DNA from: an uncultured bacterium
GTDB lineage: Bacteria; Oederibacteriota; PGYV01; CAWJRG01
Length of the DNA stretch: 64,000 bases
Direction: 5' to 3'
NCBI GenBank assembly: GCA_963845185.1
Contig: CAWJRG010000006.1
Coordinates: 64,001-128,000, forward strand
Shown: positions 9,726 to 18,898 of the stretch, piece by piece
How positions within the stretch are numbered: the first letter of the stretch is position 1
How the letters are laid out: each line of letters starts with the position of its first letter
Made by a program: the position numbers and the translations under genes
The notes under the pieces: generated by a model
The model's database searches: none
Told to the model about the DNA's origin: nothing
Seen by the model: the letters and a program-made list of their open reading frames with translations, nothing else

Positions 9726-10844
9726 CTTCCTCTCTTCTGCTCTTCCATTTCCTTTGCCTTCCGCTACCTTTGACTTTGAACTTTTACCATAGGCAAGATA
9801 ACGCAATCTAACAAGTTTGGTATGAGTATTTTTCGGAAGGATATAGCGGTAGTCCTCTTTGCGTTTCAGCATAAACCACACAATCCTTGTCATTTTTGCC
9901 GCAACTGCGATAATTGCCTTGTTCCGTCCTTTCCTTGCGTATAACCGGCGGAAGAACGCACGCAATGGCGATGGATACCTAACAACCGTCTGTGCCGCCT
10001 GGACCAGGGCAGAGCGGGCGTGTATATTGCCTCGTTTTGTTATCCGGCCCGTATGGCAGGTATCGGCACTCTGGTAAATGGCAGAACCTAATCCAAAATA
10101 ACCAACAAGTTTCTTGGGAGAGTCAAAGCGCTGGATATTGCCGATTGCAGATTTCAAAGTTACAGCATTGAAAAGGCCAATGCCGGTTATAGTCAATAAT
10201 CTGCGAACATCTGCGTCATTAACAACCCTTTTAGCGATTCGTTTCATGATCGCGCCGGTTCGTTTTTCAAGGCAGTCAAGCAAGGCAATTTCCTCTTTCA
10301 TTTGTTGCTTTTCGTCCTGTGGCAAAGAAACATTCAAAAGATATTTGCGTGCCTTCCGGCAAAACCTATCGTAATAATCAGCGTCAGGCACAAGGTTGCG
10401 CTGGAGGACAGCGTGGATACGATTCTTGACCAGAACCTTTTGCCTGGAGATAGACTGGTGATAGGCAATTAATCTTCGCAGGGCGGCAATTTCAAAATCA
10501 GGCTGCCAAATATCCGGAATATAATTTACAGCGTGCAGATTTGCAAGAGACAAGGCATCCACCTTATCTGTCTTTACCTTGGATGTGGATATGACCTTAT
10601 TCGCCATAGGATTCGATATGGTGATTCTTGCCTTTGTATTTTCTTTAAGCAGGGCAGCAATGCCGTGAGCGTTTCCCGAATTTTCAAGGACAACAGAATC
10701 TTCAGGCGATAAAGACCTGGCAAAGCTGCGTATAGCGTCTTTGTCAGTGCGTATGGCATATGACCTGTCCGCAGACTTTGACGGCCTGGCAACTGTTGCA
10801 ACCTGTATAAACCGCTTATGACAATCAAGGCCAATAAATGCCAA
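9654..10844 (-). CDS. IS110 family DEDD transposase/recombinase, C-terminus probably truncated
   Basis: FIGLDCHK, VVLENSG, KTDKVDA, LLTITGIG, RFDSPKKLVGYFGL..YQSA, GRITKRGN..RSALVQAA, KAIIAVAAK. Confidence 0.93.
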   Translation of the reverse strand: MAFIGLDCHKRFIQVATVARPSKSADRSYAIRTDKDAIRSFARSLSPEDSVVLENSGNAHGIAALLKENTKARITISNPMANKVISTSKVKTDKVDALSLANLHAVNYIPDIWQPDFEIAALRRLIAYHQSISRQKVLVKNRIHAVLQRNLVPDADYYDRFCRKARKYLLNVSLPQDEKQQMKEEIALLDCLEKRTGAIMKRIAKRVVNDADVRRLLTITGIGLFNAVTLKSAIGNIQRFDSPKKLVGYFGLGSAIYQSADTCHTGRITKRGNIHARSALVQAAQTVVRYPSPLRAFFRRLYARKGRNKAIIAVAAKMTRIVWFMLKRKEDYRYILPKNTHTKLVRLRYLAYGKSSKSKVAEGKGNGRAEERKCSTGPGHCRTLRQYTTLSSLLCR

Positions 10845-10945
10845 GAATTTCCACCCCGGATATAAGTCCCAAAGGGGCGGCCAGTTACGACGACAGGCTC
10901 GCAGCCCATAGTAATATTCAGCCTATCCCCTTTGTTTTCTGTTGA
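9725..10945 (-). mobile_element. IS110 family insertion sequence (downstream end apparently deleted)
   Basis: transposase plus structured upstream non-coding end; no terminal inverted repeats, as expected for IS110; boundaries approximate. Confidence 0.75.
10870..10934 (-). ncRNA. candidate IS110 bridge/seek RNA loop
   Basis: minus strand: stem CAAAGGGG/CCCCTTTG, internal loop GAATATTACTA / TCGTCGTAAC, terminal hairpin GGCT-gcg-AGCC, just 5' of the transposase start. Confidence 0.5.
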
Positions 10946-11032
10946 ATCTTTTATCTTGAAATAAGTTTTTTTAGGGCTATAATATTATGAACAATAGGAA
11001 ATCATAAGGTGATTTGATAAAGGAGACGAAGT

Positions 11033-11353
11033 ATGGAAGAGTTAAATGAGATAAAAGCAGTAATCGGAAAAATTTTATCCCGGTTCGGGCAGGAGATTGA
11101 AAAAATAATACTCTTCGGCTCCCGTGCTGCTGGAACCCAGACAAAATACAGTGATTATGATTTACTTGTAGTAATTAAAGCGACAATTCCCATAGAAAAA
11201 AAGATTGAAATTTCGGCGCAGATAAGGAGTGAACTGGCGAAAGAAAAAATCGACGCTGATATAATCATAAAATCCGGGGAAGAAACCGAAACTTACAAGG
11301 AATATATCGGGACCATTGTGAGGGAAGCCCTGAAAGAAGGGGTTGTTATATGA
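11033..11353 (+). CDS. minimal nucleotidyltransferase (MNT) antitoxin
   Basis: IILFGSRAAG..SDYDLLVV motif, 106 aa; promoter TTGAAA(10956)-16-TATAAT(10978). Confidence 0.88.
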   Translation: MEELNEIKAVIGKILSRFGQEIEKIILFGSRAAGTQTKYSDYDLLVVIKATIPIEKKIEISAQIRSELAKEKIDADIIIKSGEETETYKEYIGTIVREALKEGVVI

Positions 11354-11418
11354 TAGAAGCTAAAATCAAGAACTGGCTCATAAAAGCAGTCCGTGATTTT
11401 ATACGAGGTGATAAATGA
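11350..11418 (+). pseudogene. N-terminal remnant of a HEPN toxin
   Basis: ATGA overlap with MNT stop; MIEAKIKNWLIKAVRDF matches the typical first helix (WLxKAxxD) of HEPN partners. Confidence 0.55.
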
Positions 11419-11702
11419 GTCCGTCAATTAAACAAATATCAAAGAAAATTATGCCAATTTTAAAAAGGCATCATGTAAGCAGGGCCGGTGTTTTTGGCTC
11501 TGCTGCCAGGGGTGAAAGTACAGCAAAAAGTGATATTGATGTGCTGGTTGAAATACCTGGAAATATAAGCCTGCTTGAATTTGCCGGAATAAAAATCGAG
11601 CTGGAAGAGGCTCTCGGCAGGAAGGTTGACCTGGTGGAGTACGCCGCCATAAAGCCTGTAATAAAGGATAATATATTAAAAGAACAGGTTGCCATATTGT
11701 GA
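11415..11702 (+). CDS. MNT antitoxin (MntA-like)
   Basis: GVFGSAARGE..SDIDVLVE..LEEALGRKVDLV. Confidence 0.92.
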   Translation: MSPSIKQISKKIMPILKRHHVSRAGVFGSAARGESTAKSDIDVLVEIPGNISLLEFAGIKIELEEALGRKVDLVEYAAIKPVIKDNILKEQVAIL

Positions 11703-12034
11703 AGAATGTCAAACTGTATTTGACCGATATCTTGGAATCAATAACAAAAATAGAAGAATATATTTCGAATGTTTCAGAAAAGGATTTTTTAAACAATACC
11801 CAGCTTCAGGATTCGGTGATAAGAAGGTTTGAGATAATAGGCGAGGCTGTGAAACGCATACCGGCAGATTTTAAGAAAAAGCATGCCGAAATTGAATGGA
11901 AAAAAGTGGCGGGAATGCGTGACATATTGGCCCATGAATACGAAAGTGTCCTGATGAACAGGATTTGGAAAGTGGCCAAAGAAGATGCAGTGACATTAAA
12001 AGCACAAATTGAAAAAATATTCAAATCAATCTAA
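11699..12034 (+). CDS. DUF86/HepT-like HEPN ribonuclease toxin
   Basis: YLTDILESI, RRFEIIGEAVK, W..AGMRDILAHEY (RX4HXY); GTGA overlap with antitoxin. Confidence 0.92.
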   Translation: MKNVKLYLTDILESITKIEEYISNVSEKDFLNNTQLQDSVIRRFEIIGEAVKRIPADFKKKHAEIEWKKVAGMRDILAHEYESVLMNRIWKVAKEDAVTLKAQIEKIFKSI

Positions 12035-12053
12035 TGTAAAAAGAGGGGAACGG

Positions 12054-12191
12054 ATGAAATCCGGCATAACCACAAGATACTACTACGACGGTTCACTCAT
12101 TCCCGCAAAAAAAGACTCCTCAAACAATCTACAGAAAATCTACGTCAATGACGGTTTTGGAATTGTAGCTATGGTGAGGAACGTGGATTAA
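12054..12191 (+). pseudogene. RHS/YD-repeat core fragment
   Basis: TTRYYYDGSLIPAKKDSSNNLQKIYV resembles RHS core TxYxYDG..E.D..G.....Y. Confidence 0.45.
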
Positions 12192-12339
12192 TCAAGATGC
12201 TATGCCGAAGGAAAAAATGCAACAACTTTTACATTCATAAAAACAGATTTTAAAGGAATATTAGGCGGGGCAAAATGAATTGCATTTTCAGGAATATCTG
12301 ATATAATAATTTAAAAGTTATATAATCCCGCTACGCGAA

Positions 12340-12542
12340 AATCCCCCGCCGGTAGAGGCGGGGATTGATAGCGCTCCGGTACCGCTTGTCCTCGGCTAAA
12401 GCCTCGGACTAGAGCGGGTACCTGAGAGCGTAATATTTTGTTGTCGCCTTCGGCTTGACAAAACAAACGCTATCAAGGGAGGGAGCATATTAGAGAATTT
12501 TTTAAAGGTGCTCCGCCTTTACAGGCGGGGGCTCCACATCAC
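12340..12542. mobile_element. non-autonomous IS200/IS605-like element (two subterminal hairpins, no ORF)
   Basis: AATCCCCCGCC-ggtaga-GGCGGGGATT (12340-12366) and CTCCGCCT-ttac-AGGCGGGG (12511-12530) ending in TCAC; highly self-complementary interior. Confidence 0.5.
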
Positions 12543-12558
12543 ATAAAGGGGTGATACT

Positions 12559-12939
12559 ATGGAAAAAGAGATTATATTTACAAACGACGCGCCGCCTCCC
12601 CAGGGAGCATATTCGCAGGCAGTTAAGTACGGCAATTTTATTTTTCTTGCCGGGCAGATACCGATAGACATGAATACAGGAATTATCAATACCGAAGGCA
12701 TACACAAGGAAATGCGTATTATAATGCACAATATAAGTACAGTTTTGAATGCTGCGGGAAGCTCGCTGGCAAAAATAGTAAAATTTACCGTTTATTTAAA
12801 AGCAATAGACGACAGCAAATGGGTGGATGAAATATTAAAGGAAACTATCGGTGATAATTTTCCTGCCAGGGCAATTGTCGCGGTCTCAAACCTGCCTAAA
12901 AATGTCAATATAGAGATCGACGTAATATCCGGGATATGA
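12559..12939 (+). CDS. ridA: RidA/YjgF family enamine deaminase
   Basis: APPPQGAYSQAVK..FLAGQIP..FPARAIVAVSNLPKNVNIEID. Confidence 0.9.
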   Translation: MEKEIIFTNDAPPPQGAYSQAVKYGNFIFLAGQIPIDMNTGIINTEGIHKEMRIIMHNISTVLNAAGSSLAKIVKFTVYLKAIDDSKWVDEILKETIGDNFPARAIVAVSNLPKNVNIEIDVISGI

Positions 12940-13071
12940 TTAAAACAAGGTTGCAAGTTTAATGTTTAAAGTTTCAGGTTTGAAAACAGATTGCTTCGAC
13001 ACGTCGCTTCCCGCAATGATACCGACACCACAAAATAGTTTTTTACCACCCAACCAAAAGGATTTTAAAAA

Positions 13072-16000
13072 ATGAAAAAAGTAATTTTTTTTGCTTTGGT
13101 TTTTATGCTGGTGAAAGCCGTGCCTCTTTTTGCGGTTTACGGGCAAACCTCGCTTGTCGCCGGAGAAGGAGCCTATTACGGGGACAACAGCACATACCTT
13201 GACGCCACTTTTAACGGGCCGATGGATATCGTTATAGACCCGGCAACAGGCAATAAATATATTGCGGATACATATAACAACGTAATAAGGGAAATAAGCG
13301 CTTCCGGTATAGTGACGACACTGGCAGGAAACGCCGCGGCAGGTTATGCCGAAGGCATAGGAGCAGCCGCAAGTTTTAACAATCCCTACGCTATATGCCT
13401 TGACAGCCAGGACGGCATCATATTTGTGGCCGACACCATAAACAGCAGGATCAGGGGGATTTACCTTTCGAATTCGCAGACTTTCCTTGTCGCAGGCCTG
13501 AGTAATAGCGGCGCGTCGGACGGTGCGAATACTGTAAACGCCAGGTTTTACAGCCCGATGGGCATAGCGTACGACGGGTCAGGGCCTGTTCATTATATTT
13601 ATGTCAGCGACTCGTATAATTACAAGATAAGGAGAATCGACCTGACCGCCAACACAACCACAACCATAGCAGGGGCAAGCTATGGCTACAAAGAAGGGAC
13701 GGGCGCCGGAGCTTTATTCAACGCGCCCAGGGGCATTGATATAGACACTGTCAACCAGATATTATATATAGCGGATACGGGGAATAACAGGATAAGGGGG
13801 CTCAACCTTTCTACAAAAGCTTCTTTTTACGTCGCAGGAGGCTCTGCCGGCTGGCAGGACGGCAACAGCACCACGGCAATGTTTTCGGCGCCGGCTGACG
13901 TGAGCCTTAATACAATCAACGCTGAATTATACGTGGCAGACCAGAACAATTATGACATAAGGGCAGTCAATCTTGCGGCAGGCACGGTCGCTACGCTTGC
14001 GGGAAATCACCTGGCTTCGGGCTATAAGGAGGCCACGGGCACGGCAGCGCTTTTCAACAAGCCGCAGGGAAACGCGTATAATTATATCGACAATAAAATT
14101 TATGTCGCAGATACGGGGAACTCGAGGATCAGGACAATTGACCCTGCAAATAACAGCCAGACCGCGCTTTTTTCCGGCATGAGCAGCTATGGCGGGGACG
14201 GGAATATGGCCCCAAACGCCACTTTTTACGCGCCGAACGACGTGGCTTTAAATACAGTAACAAGCAGGAAATATATTGCGGACACGGGCAACAGCGCGAT
14301 AAGGATGATTGATGAAGGCAGCATGATATCTACAATCGCCGGCAACGGGTCCGCAGGATACGCCGAAGGATTGGGCACATCAGCCGTGTTTTCAAGCCCG
14401 CAGGGGCTGGCCGTGGATTCAATAAGAAACCTGCTATATATTTCAGACTCAGGCAACCATGCAATAAGAAAGCTTGACCTTTCCACTTACCAGACTTCGC
14501 TGGTGGCCGGCAGCCCCGGGGTTTCAGGATATGCCGACGGCATCGGCAGCAACGCGAAATTTTACAACCCGGGAGGGATTGACATCGATGCGCAAAATAA
14601 CATTCTTTACGTGGCTGACACCGGGAACCAGGTTATTAGAGAAATTAATTTGAACACGGACCAGACTTCCTTTATAGCCGGGCATATGACCACAACCGCC
14701 AGCTACGCCGAAGGCACAGGCGCCAGCGCTTATTTTCACAGTCCGTACGGGGTCTTATATTACGGCACTTATAACATTTTATTTGTGACAGACACCGGCA
14801 ATGATGTAGTAAGGTACATTGAGCTCGGCACGCAGCAAACCGTGCTTCTTTCAGGCACGCCCCAGACCCCCGGCGATGTTCTTGTGCCGACGGGAGGCGG
14901 AATGTTGTCAGCCAAATTTAAAAATCCCACGGGGCTGGCTCTTGACTATAACGCCCAGTTATTATATGTAAGCGATTCGGGAAACGAGAAGGTAAAGGCA
15001 ATCGACCTCGCAGGAAACGGGGTTTACGAGGTCTCGGGAAGCAGCACAGCCGGTTACGCGGAAGGCATAGGAACAGCAGCGCTTTTTACCAGCCCGTACG
15101 GGATGGGGATTGATGTGAATAACCAGGCGGTATATATAGCCGACTCCGGGAACAGCAGGATAAGGAAGATAGATGTAACCATGCCGACGCCTACAGTGAC
15201 CATAACCCAGACAGGCACAATTACTTTAACGCCAACCATATCCCCGACCATGAATGGTACGGCAACCGTAACCCCCACTCTCACTACATTTTTGAGCGCA
15301 ACAATAACGCCGACTTACAGCCAGTCTTTTACGCAGACACAGACATTTACGATAACAGAAACATTGACCATAAGCCCGACGGATACTGCCACGCAAACCG
15401 GAACAAACACAGGAACAGCAACGCCGACAATGACAATAACCCAAACGCCGACCATAAGCCCTACAGATACAACAACAGCTACCAATACCGTTACCTCGAC
15501 AGAAACGCCGACATACACAATCACTGAGACCATAACTTCGAGCCCGACTTACACATACACCTGCACATATACGGAAACAATGACATGCACGGAAACACCC
15601 ACAATCTCACAGACACCCACGCCGAGCCCTTATGTTTCAAACACTCCGACTTATACAATAAGCGAAACTCTAACACAGTCGGCAACTTTTACGGAAACAA
15701 TGACTTTTACGGATACGCAGACAGCAACGGCAACCGGTACGGTCTCTCTTACAACGACGATTACGGAAACACTGACGGCAACGGCACCGGAAACAGCAAC
15801 GCCTACTGCCACGGCTTCCCTTTATTTAACATCATTTACACCCACCCCTGCGCTGACAATCACGGCCACAAGCACGCCTGTGGAATATATAGAACTGGAT
15901 CCCAATTTTATAAAAGGCCAGATTGTAATACCAAACCCGTCAAGCGGGAATTTCAGAATAAGATTTACCACAACGCAGCAGGCAAAAACAATAAATGTAA

Positions 16001-16188
16001 AAATTTATACTTCCGGGTTCAGGCTTATCAGGATGCAGCAATATATTGATGTGATTACGGGCATTCATGATATGCAGATAGAAGACATGAACAATGCCGC
16101 AAGCGGCTGGTATTATTATTCGATTGACGGCGAAAGCGATTATGGGGACAAGACGCTGGTTTACGGCGGGTTCATTATAATCAAATAA
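13072..16188 (+). CDS. secreted NHL-repeat beta-propeller protein with long Thr-rich stalk and CTD
   Basis: signal peptide; about 12 repeats GYAEGxG..AxFxxPxG..LYxADTGNxxIR; CTD PNP..IYTSGFRLI..ASGWYYY..FIIIK. Confidence 0.88.
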   Translation: MKKVIFFALVFMLVKAVPLFAVYGQTSLVAGEGAYYGDNSTYLDATFNGPMDIVIDPATGNKYIADTYNNVIREISASGIVTTLAGNAAAGYAEGIGAAASFNNPYAICLDSQDGIIFVADTINSRIRGIYLSNSQTFLVAGLSNSGASDGANTVNARFYSPMGIAYDGSGPVHYIYVSDSYNYKIRRIDLTANTTTTIAGASYGYKEGTGAGALFNAPRGIDIDTVNQILYIADTGNNRIRGLNLSTKASFYVAGGSAGWQDGNSTTAMFSAPADVSLNTINAELYVADQNNYDIRAVNLAAGTVATLAGNHLASGYKEATGTAALFNKPQGNAYNYIDNKIYVADTGNSRIRTIDPANNSQTALFSGMSSYGGDGNMAPNATFYAPNDVALNTVTSRKYIADTGNSAIRMIDEGSMISTIAGNGSAGYAEGLGTSAVFSSPQGLAVDSIRNLLYISDSGNHAIRKLDLSTYQTSLVAGSPGVSGYADGIGSNAKFYNPGGIDIDAQNNILYVADTGNQVIREINLNTDQTSFIAGHMTTTASYAEGTGASAYFHSPYGVLYYGTYNILFVTDTGNDVVRYIELGTQQTVLLSGTPQTPGDVLVPTGGGMLSAKFKNPTGLALDYNAQLLYVSDSGNEKVKAIDLAGNGVYEVSGSSTAGYAEGIGTAALFTSPYGMGIDVNNQAVYIADSGNSRIRKIDVTMPTPTVTITQTGTITLTPTISPTMNGTATVTPTLTTFLSATITPTYSQSFTQTQTFTITETLTISPTDTATQTGTNTGTATPTMTITQTPTISPTDTTTATNTVTSTETPTYTITETITSSPTYTYTCTYTETMTCTETPTISQTPTPSPYVSNTPTYTISETLTQSATFTETMTFTDTQTATATGTVSLTTTITETLTATAPETATPTATASLYLTSFTPTPALTITATSTPVEYIELDPNFIKGQIVIPNPSSGNFRIRFTTTQQAKTINVKIYTSGFRLIRMQQYIDVITGIHDMQIEDMNNAASGWYYYSIDGESDYGDKTLVYGGFIIIK

Positions 16189-16197
16189 AAATCAGTA

Positions 16198-17139
16198 TCA
16201 GCACAATATCTTTCCCTTAAGGTCTTTATGCCCAATGCAATAATCCCAGGCCTGCATTTTTTTGCCGGATTGTTCCTGAACCCCGGTTATTAATATGCAG
16301 CCGCCACCCGTCTTTACTGCAAAACCCTTATTTTTAACAAGGCATATTATCATGCCGGCAGGGCACGCTGAAATATCTTCAGCTGCACTGTAAATTTCAG
16401 ATTTCCACAGTTTGAGCACAATGCCGTCAAGAGAACAATAAGCCACGGGCCAGGGGACAAGCGCGCGTATCTTATTAAAAATATTTACAGCCGAATCGTT
16501 AAAATCTATTTTCCCTGTCTCTTTTTTTAAAACACCCACATAAGTTGCGTCTGCCTCGCTTTGCTTTATCCTTCTGGCCTTTCCGTTTTCAATTGTTTCA
16601 AGGACTTCAAGCACGGTATCTGCGGCAAGACAGGAGAGCTTGTCGTGCATGGTAACTGCGTCGTCCGAATCGTCTATTTTAATTTTTTCCGCGCATATGA
16701 TATCGCCTGAATCGAGTTTTTTTTCTATGAACTGGTAGGTTATCCCGGTCTCATGGTCGCCGGCCATGATTGCGTGGTTTATGGGTGAGGCACCGCGGTA
16801 TTTCGGAAGCAGGGAAGCGTGTATGTTCACGCTGAGATATCTGGGGAAAAAAATGAGTTCCTCGGGCAGTATCTGGCCAAAGGCAACTATCAGGTTAATG
16901 TCTATTGGTTGTTTTTTGTATTCATCAAGGAAAGGCCTTTCTTTGGCTTTTTCAGGCTGGAGTATTTTAATATTGTGTTTTATCGCGAGCTCCTTGACCG
17001 GCGGGAGAGAGAGTTCCTGTTTCCTGCCAACGGGCCTGTCAGGCTGCGTTACCACTAAAACCACTTTGTGGCGCGAGCTGACGAGCTTTTCCAGCACGGG
17101 CACGGCAAATTTTGGCGTGCTAAAAAATGCTATGTTCAT
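16198..17139 (-). CDS. fmt: methionyl-tRNA formyltransferase
   Basis: MNIAFFSTPKFAVP, VVTQPDRPVGR, NIHASLLPKYRGASPI; start overlaps def stop. Confidence 0.96.
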   Translation of the reverse strand: MNIAFFSTPKFAVPVLEKLVSSRHKVVLVVTQPDRPVGRKQELSLPPVKELAIKHNIKILQPEKAKERPFLDEYKKQPIDINLIVAFGQILPEELIFFPRYLSVNIHASLLPKYRGASPINHAIMAGDHETGITYQFIEKKLDSGDIICAEKIKIDDSDDAVTMHDKLSCLAADTVLEVLETIENGKARRIKQSEADATYVGVLKKETGKIDFNDSAVNIFNKIRALVPWPVAYCSLDGIVLKLWKSEIYSAAEDISACPAGMIICLVKNKGFAVKTGGGCILITGVQEQSGKKMQAWDYCIGHKDLKGKILC

Positions 17140-17660
17140 TTTTTGCTCTTGTTCAGTTTTTTTAGTTCCCTTAATTTCTTTGAATGCAGCATCCTGCGCA
17201 CAGGCGTCATCCTTTCTATGAATAATACGCCGTTTATGTGGTCTATCTCGTGCTGGCATACCCTTGCAAGCAGGCCCTCGGCTTCGAATTCAATATTTTT
17301 GGCATTAAGGCCCTGCGCGCGAACTTTTACCTTTGCGGAGCGCTCTATTTTTTCGAATATTTCGGGAAAACTCAGGCAGCCCTCTTCCGCAAGAACGGTT
17401 TCTTTTGACTTTTCTATTATTTCGGGGTTTATCAGGATATAAAGCTTTGAATTTTCCTCCCTGGGGCCGGTATCTATGACTACTATCCTTTTCAGGATGC
17501 CTACCTGGTTTGCTGCCAGGCCCGCGCCGTTATGCGCATACAGGGTTTCCAGCATATCTTCAATAATCTTTTTTAATTCATCGCCGTTGAATTCTGTGAT
17601 TGGCATTGTTTTCTTTTTCAGTATTTCATTGCCGTACTGTTTTATTTCCAGTTTTGCCAC
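17136..17660 (-). CDS. def: peptide deformylase
   Basis: GAGLAANQVG, EEGCLS, QHEIDH. Confidence 0.97.
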   Translation of the reverse strand: MAKLEIKQYGNEILKKKTMPITEFNGDELKKIIEDMLETLYAHNGAGLAANQVGILKRIVVIDTGPREENSKLYILINPEIIEKSKETVLAEEGCLSFPEIFEKIERSAKVKVRAQGLNAKNIEFEAEGLLARVCQHEIDHINGVLFIERMTPVRRMLHSKKLRELKKLNKSKK

Positions 17661-17804
17661 AACTACACCTCTTTTTAATGGATGCTGTAAATTATAACAG
17701 ATAAACCTTGATTTTCAAGGGAAATGAAATTCTGTGGAAAAGACAAAAATATTGACAAAACCTCAAAAAATCTATATATTCTTTAAGAATTGAGGTGACT
17801 TTCC

Positions 17805-18887
17805 ATGGCAAAATTTATCAATGAGGAAACAGAAAAGCAGTTAAGGGAGCAGTTCGGGCTGCATATGAAAAACGACGTGGATATAAAAATATTCACGCGC
17901 AGCATTATACTGGCGCCGGCAGGAGCATCGGCTCTCGAGGGTGAAAAAGAGCTGAATGAATTTGCAGTCTCATTTATCAATGAACTGGCCGCTATCGAGC
18001 CGAGGATAAAAGTCGAGCAGGCTGGCTTTGACAGCGAACTGGCGAAGAAATTCAACTTGACCGTAAGCCCGTCAATACTTATCGGCAGCGACAAGGGATA
18101 TAAAATAATATACAGCGGAGCGCCCTACGGCTATGAAGGGGCGTCTTTTATAGAGACAATATTCGGCGTGTCCGCGGGCGAGACCCCTTTGCTGGCAGAA
18201 AACAAGGAACTCATCAAATACATCGAGAAAGAGACAAAAATACAGACCTTTGTGACTGCGGAATGCCCGTATTGCCCGACATCGGTAATACTCGCGAACC
18301 GGATAGCCATAGAGTCAAAAGGCATGGTAATTTCCGAGTGCGTGGAGTCATACGAAAACCAGGCGCTTGCGCAGAAGTATAAAGTTTCTGCCGTGCCGGA
18401 GTATGTGGTAAACGGCAGGGAAGATTCGATACTCGTAGGCGTCCAGCCGGAGAAGCTGTTTATCCTGTACCTGCTGCAGTACTCGGCGCCGGAAAAATAC
18501 AATTCAATAGTGGCCGGGCTTGAAGCAAAAAGAAAAGTATTGGAAATCCTGCCCGACAAGCCGGAAAAGACAATTTACATATCGGACAATAATTTCAAGG
18601 AAGCGGTAAAAAAATACCCGAACCTGATAGTGGACTGCTGGGCGGACTGGTGCGGGCCGTGCAAGATGATGGCACCCATACTCGAGGAACTTGCGGCGGA
18701 ATACAAGGACAAGATTGTTATGGGAAAAATGAACGTGGATGAAAACCCTGCGACCTCGCAGGAATACGCGGTCAAGTCCATACCGACAACCCTGGTGTTT
18801 AAAAACGGGGAAAAAGCCGGCGAGATTGTCGGCGCCATGGCAAAAGTCAATTTTTGGGATGAAATAAGAAAATATTACGGGATATAA
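17805..18887 (+). CDS. protein-disulfide oxidoreductase (AhpF-NTD/PDO-like) fused to thioredoxin
   Basis: CPYC in the second fold, C-terminal WCGPC thioredoxin with SIPT; upstream of trxB. Confidence 0.85.
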   Translation: MAKFINEETEKQLREQFGLHMKNDVDIKIFTRSIILAPAGASALEGEKELNEFAVSFINELAAIEPRIKVEQAGFDSELAKKFNLTVSPSILIGSDKGYKIIYSGAPYGYEGASFIETIFGVSAGETPLLAENKELIKYIEKETKIQTFVTAECPYCPTSVILANRIAIESKGMVISECVESYENQALAQKYKVSAVPEYVVNGREDSILVGVQPEKLFILYLLQYSAPEKYNSIVAGLEAKRKVLEILPDKPEKTIYISDNNFKEAVKKYPNLIVDCWADWCGPCKMMAPILEELAAEYKDKIVMGKMNVDENPATSQEYAVKSIPTTLVFKNGEKAGEIVGAMAKVNFWDEIRKYYGI

Positions 18888-18898
18888 GGGCTAAAATA

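Noticed and set aside
12988..13020. GATTGCTTCG..CGCAATGA and the similar 63480-63503 sequence as ncRNA genes
   Set aside because: Short degenerate halves of common palindromic repeat families; too little sequence to support a call
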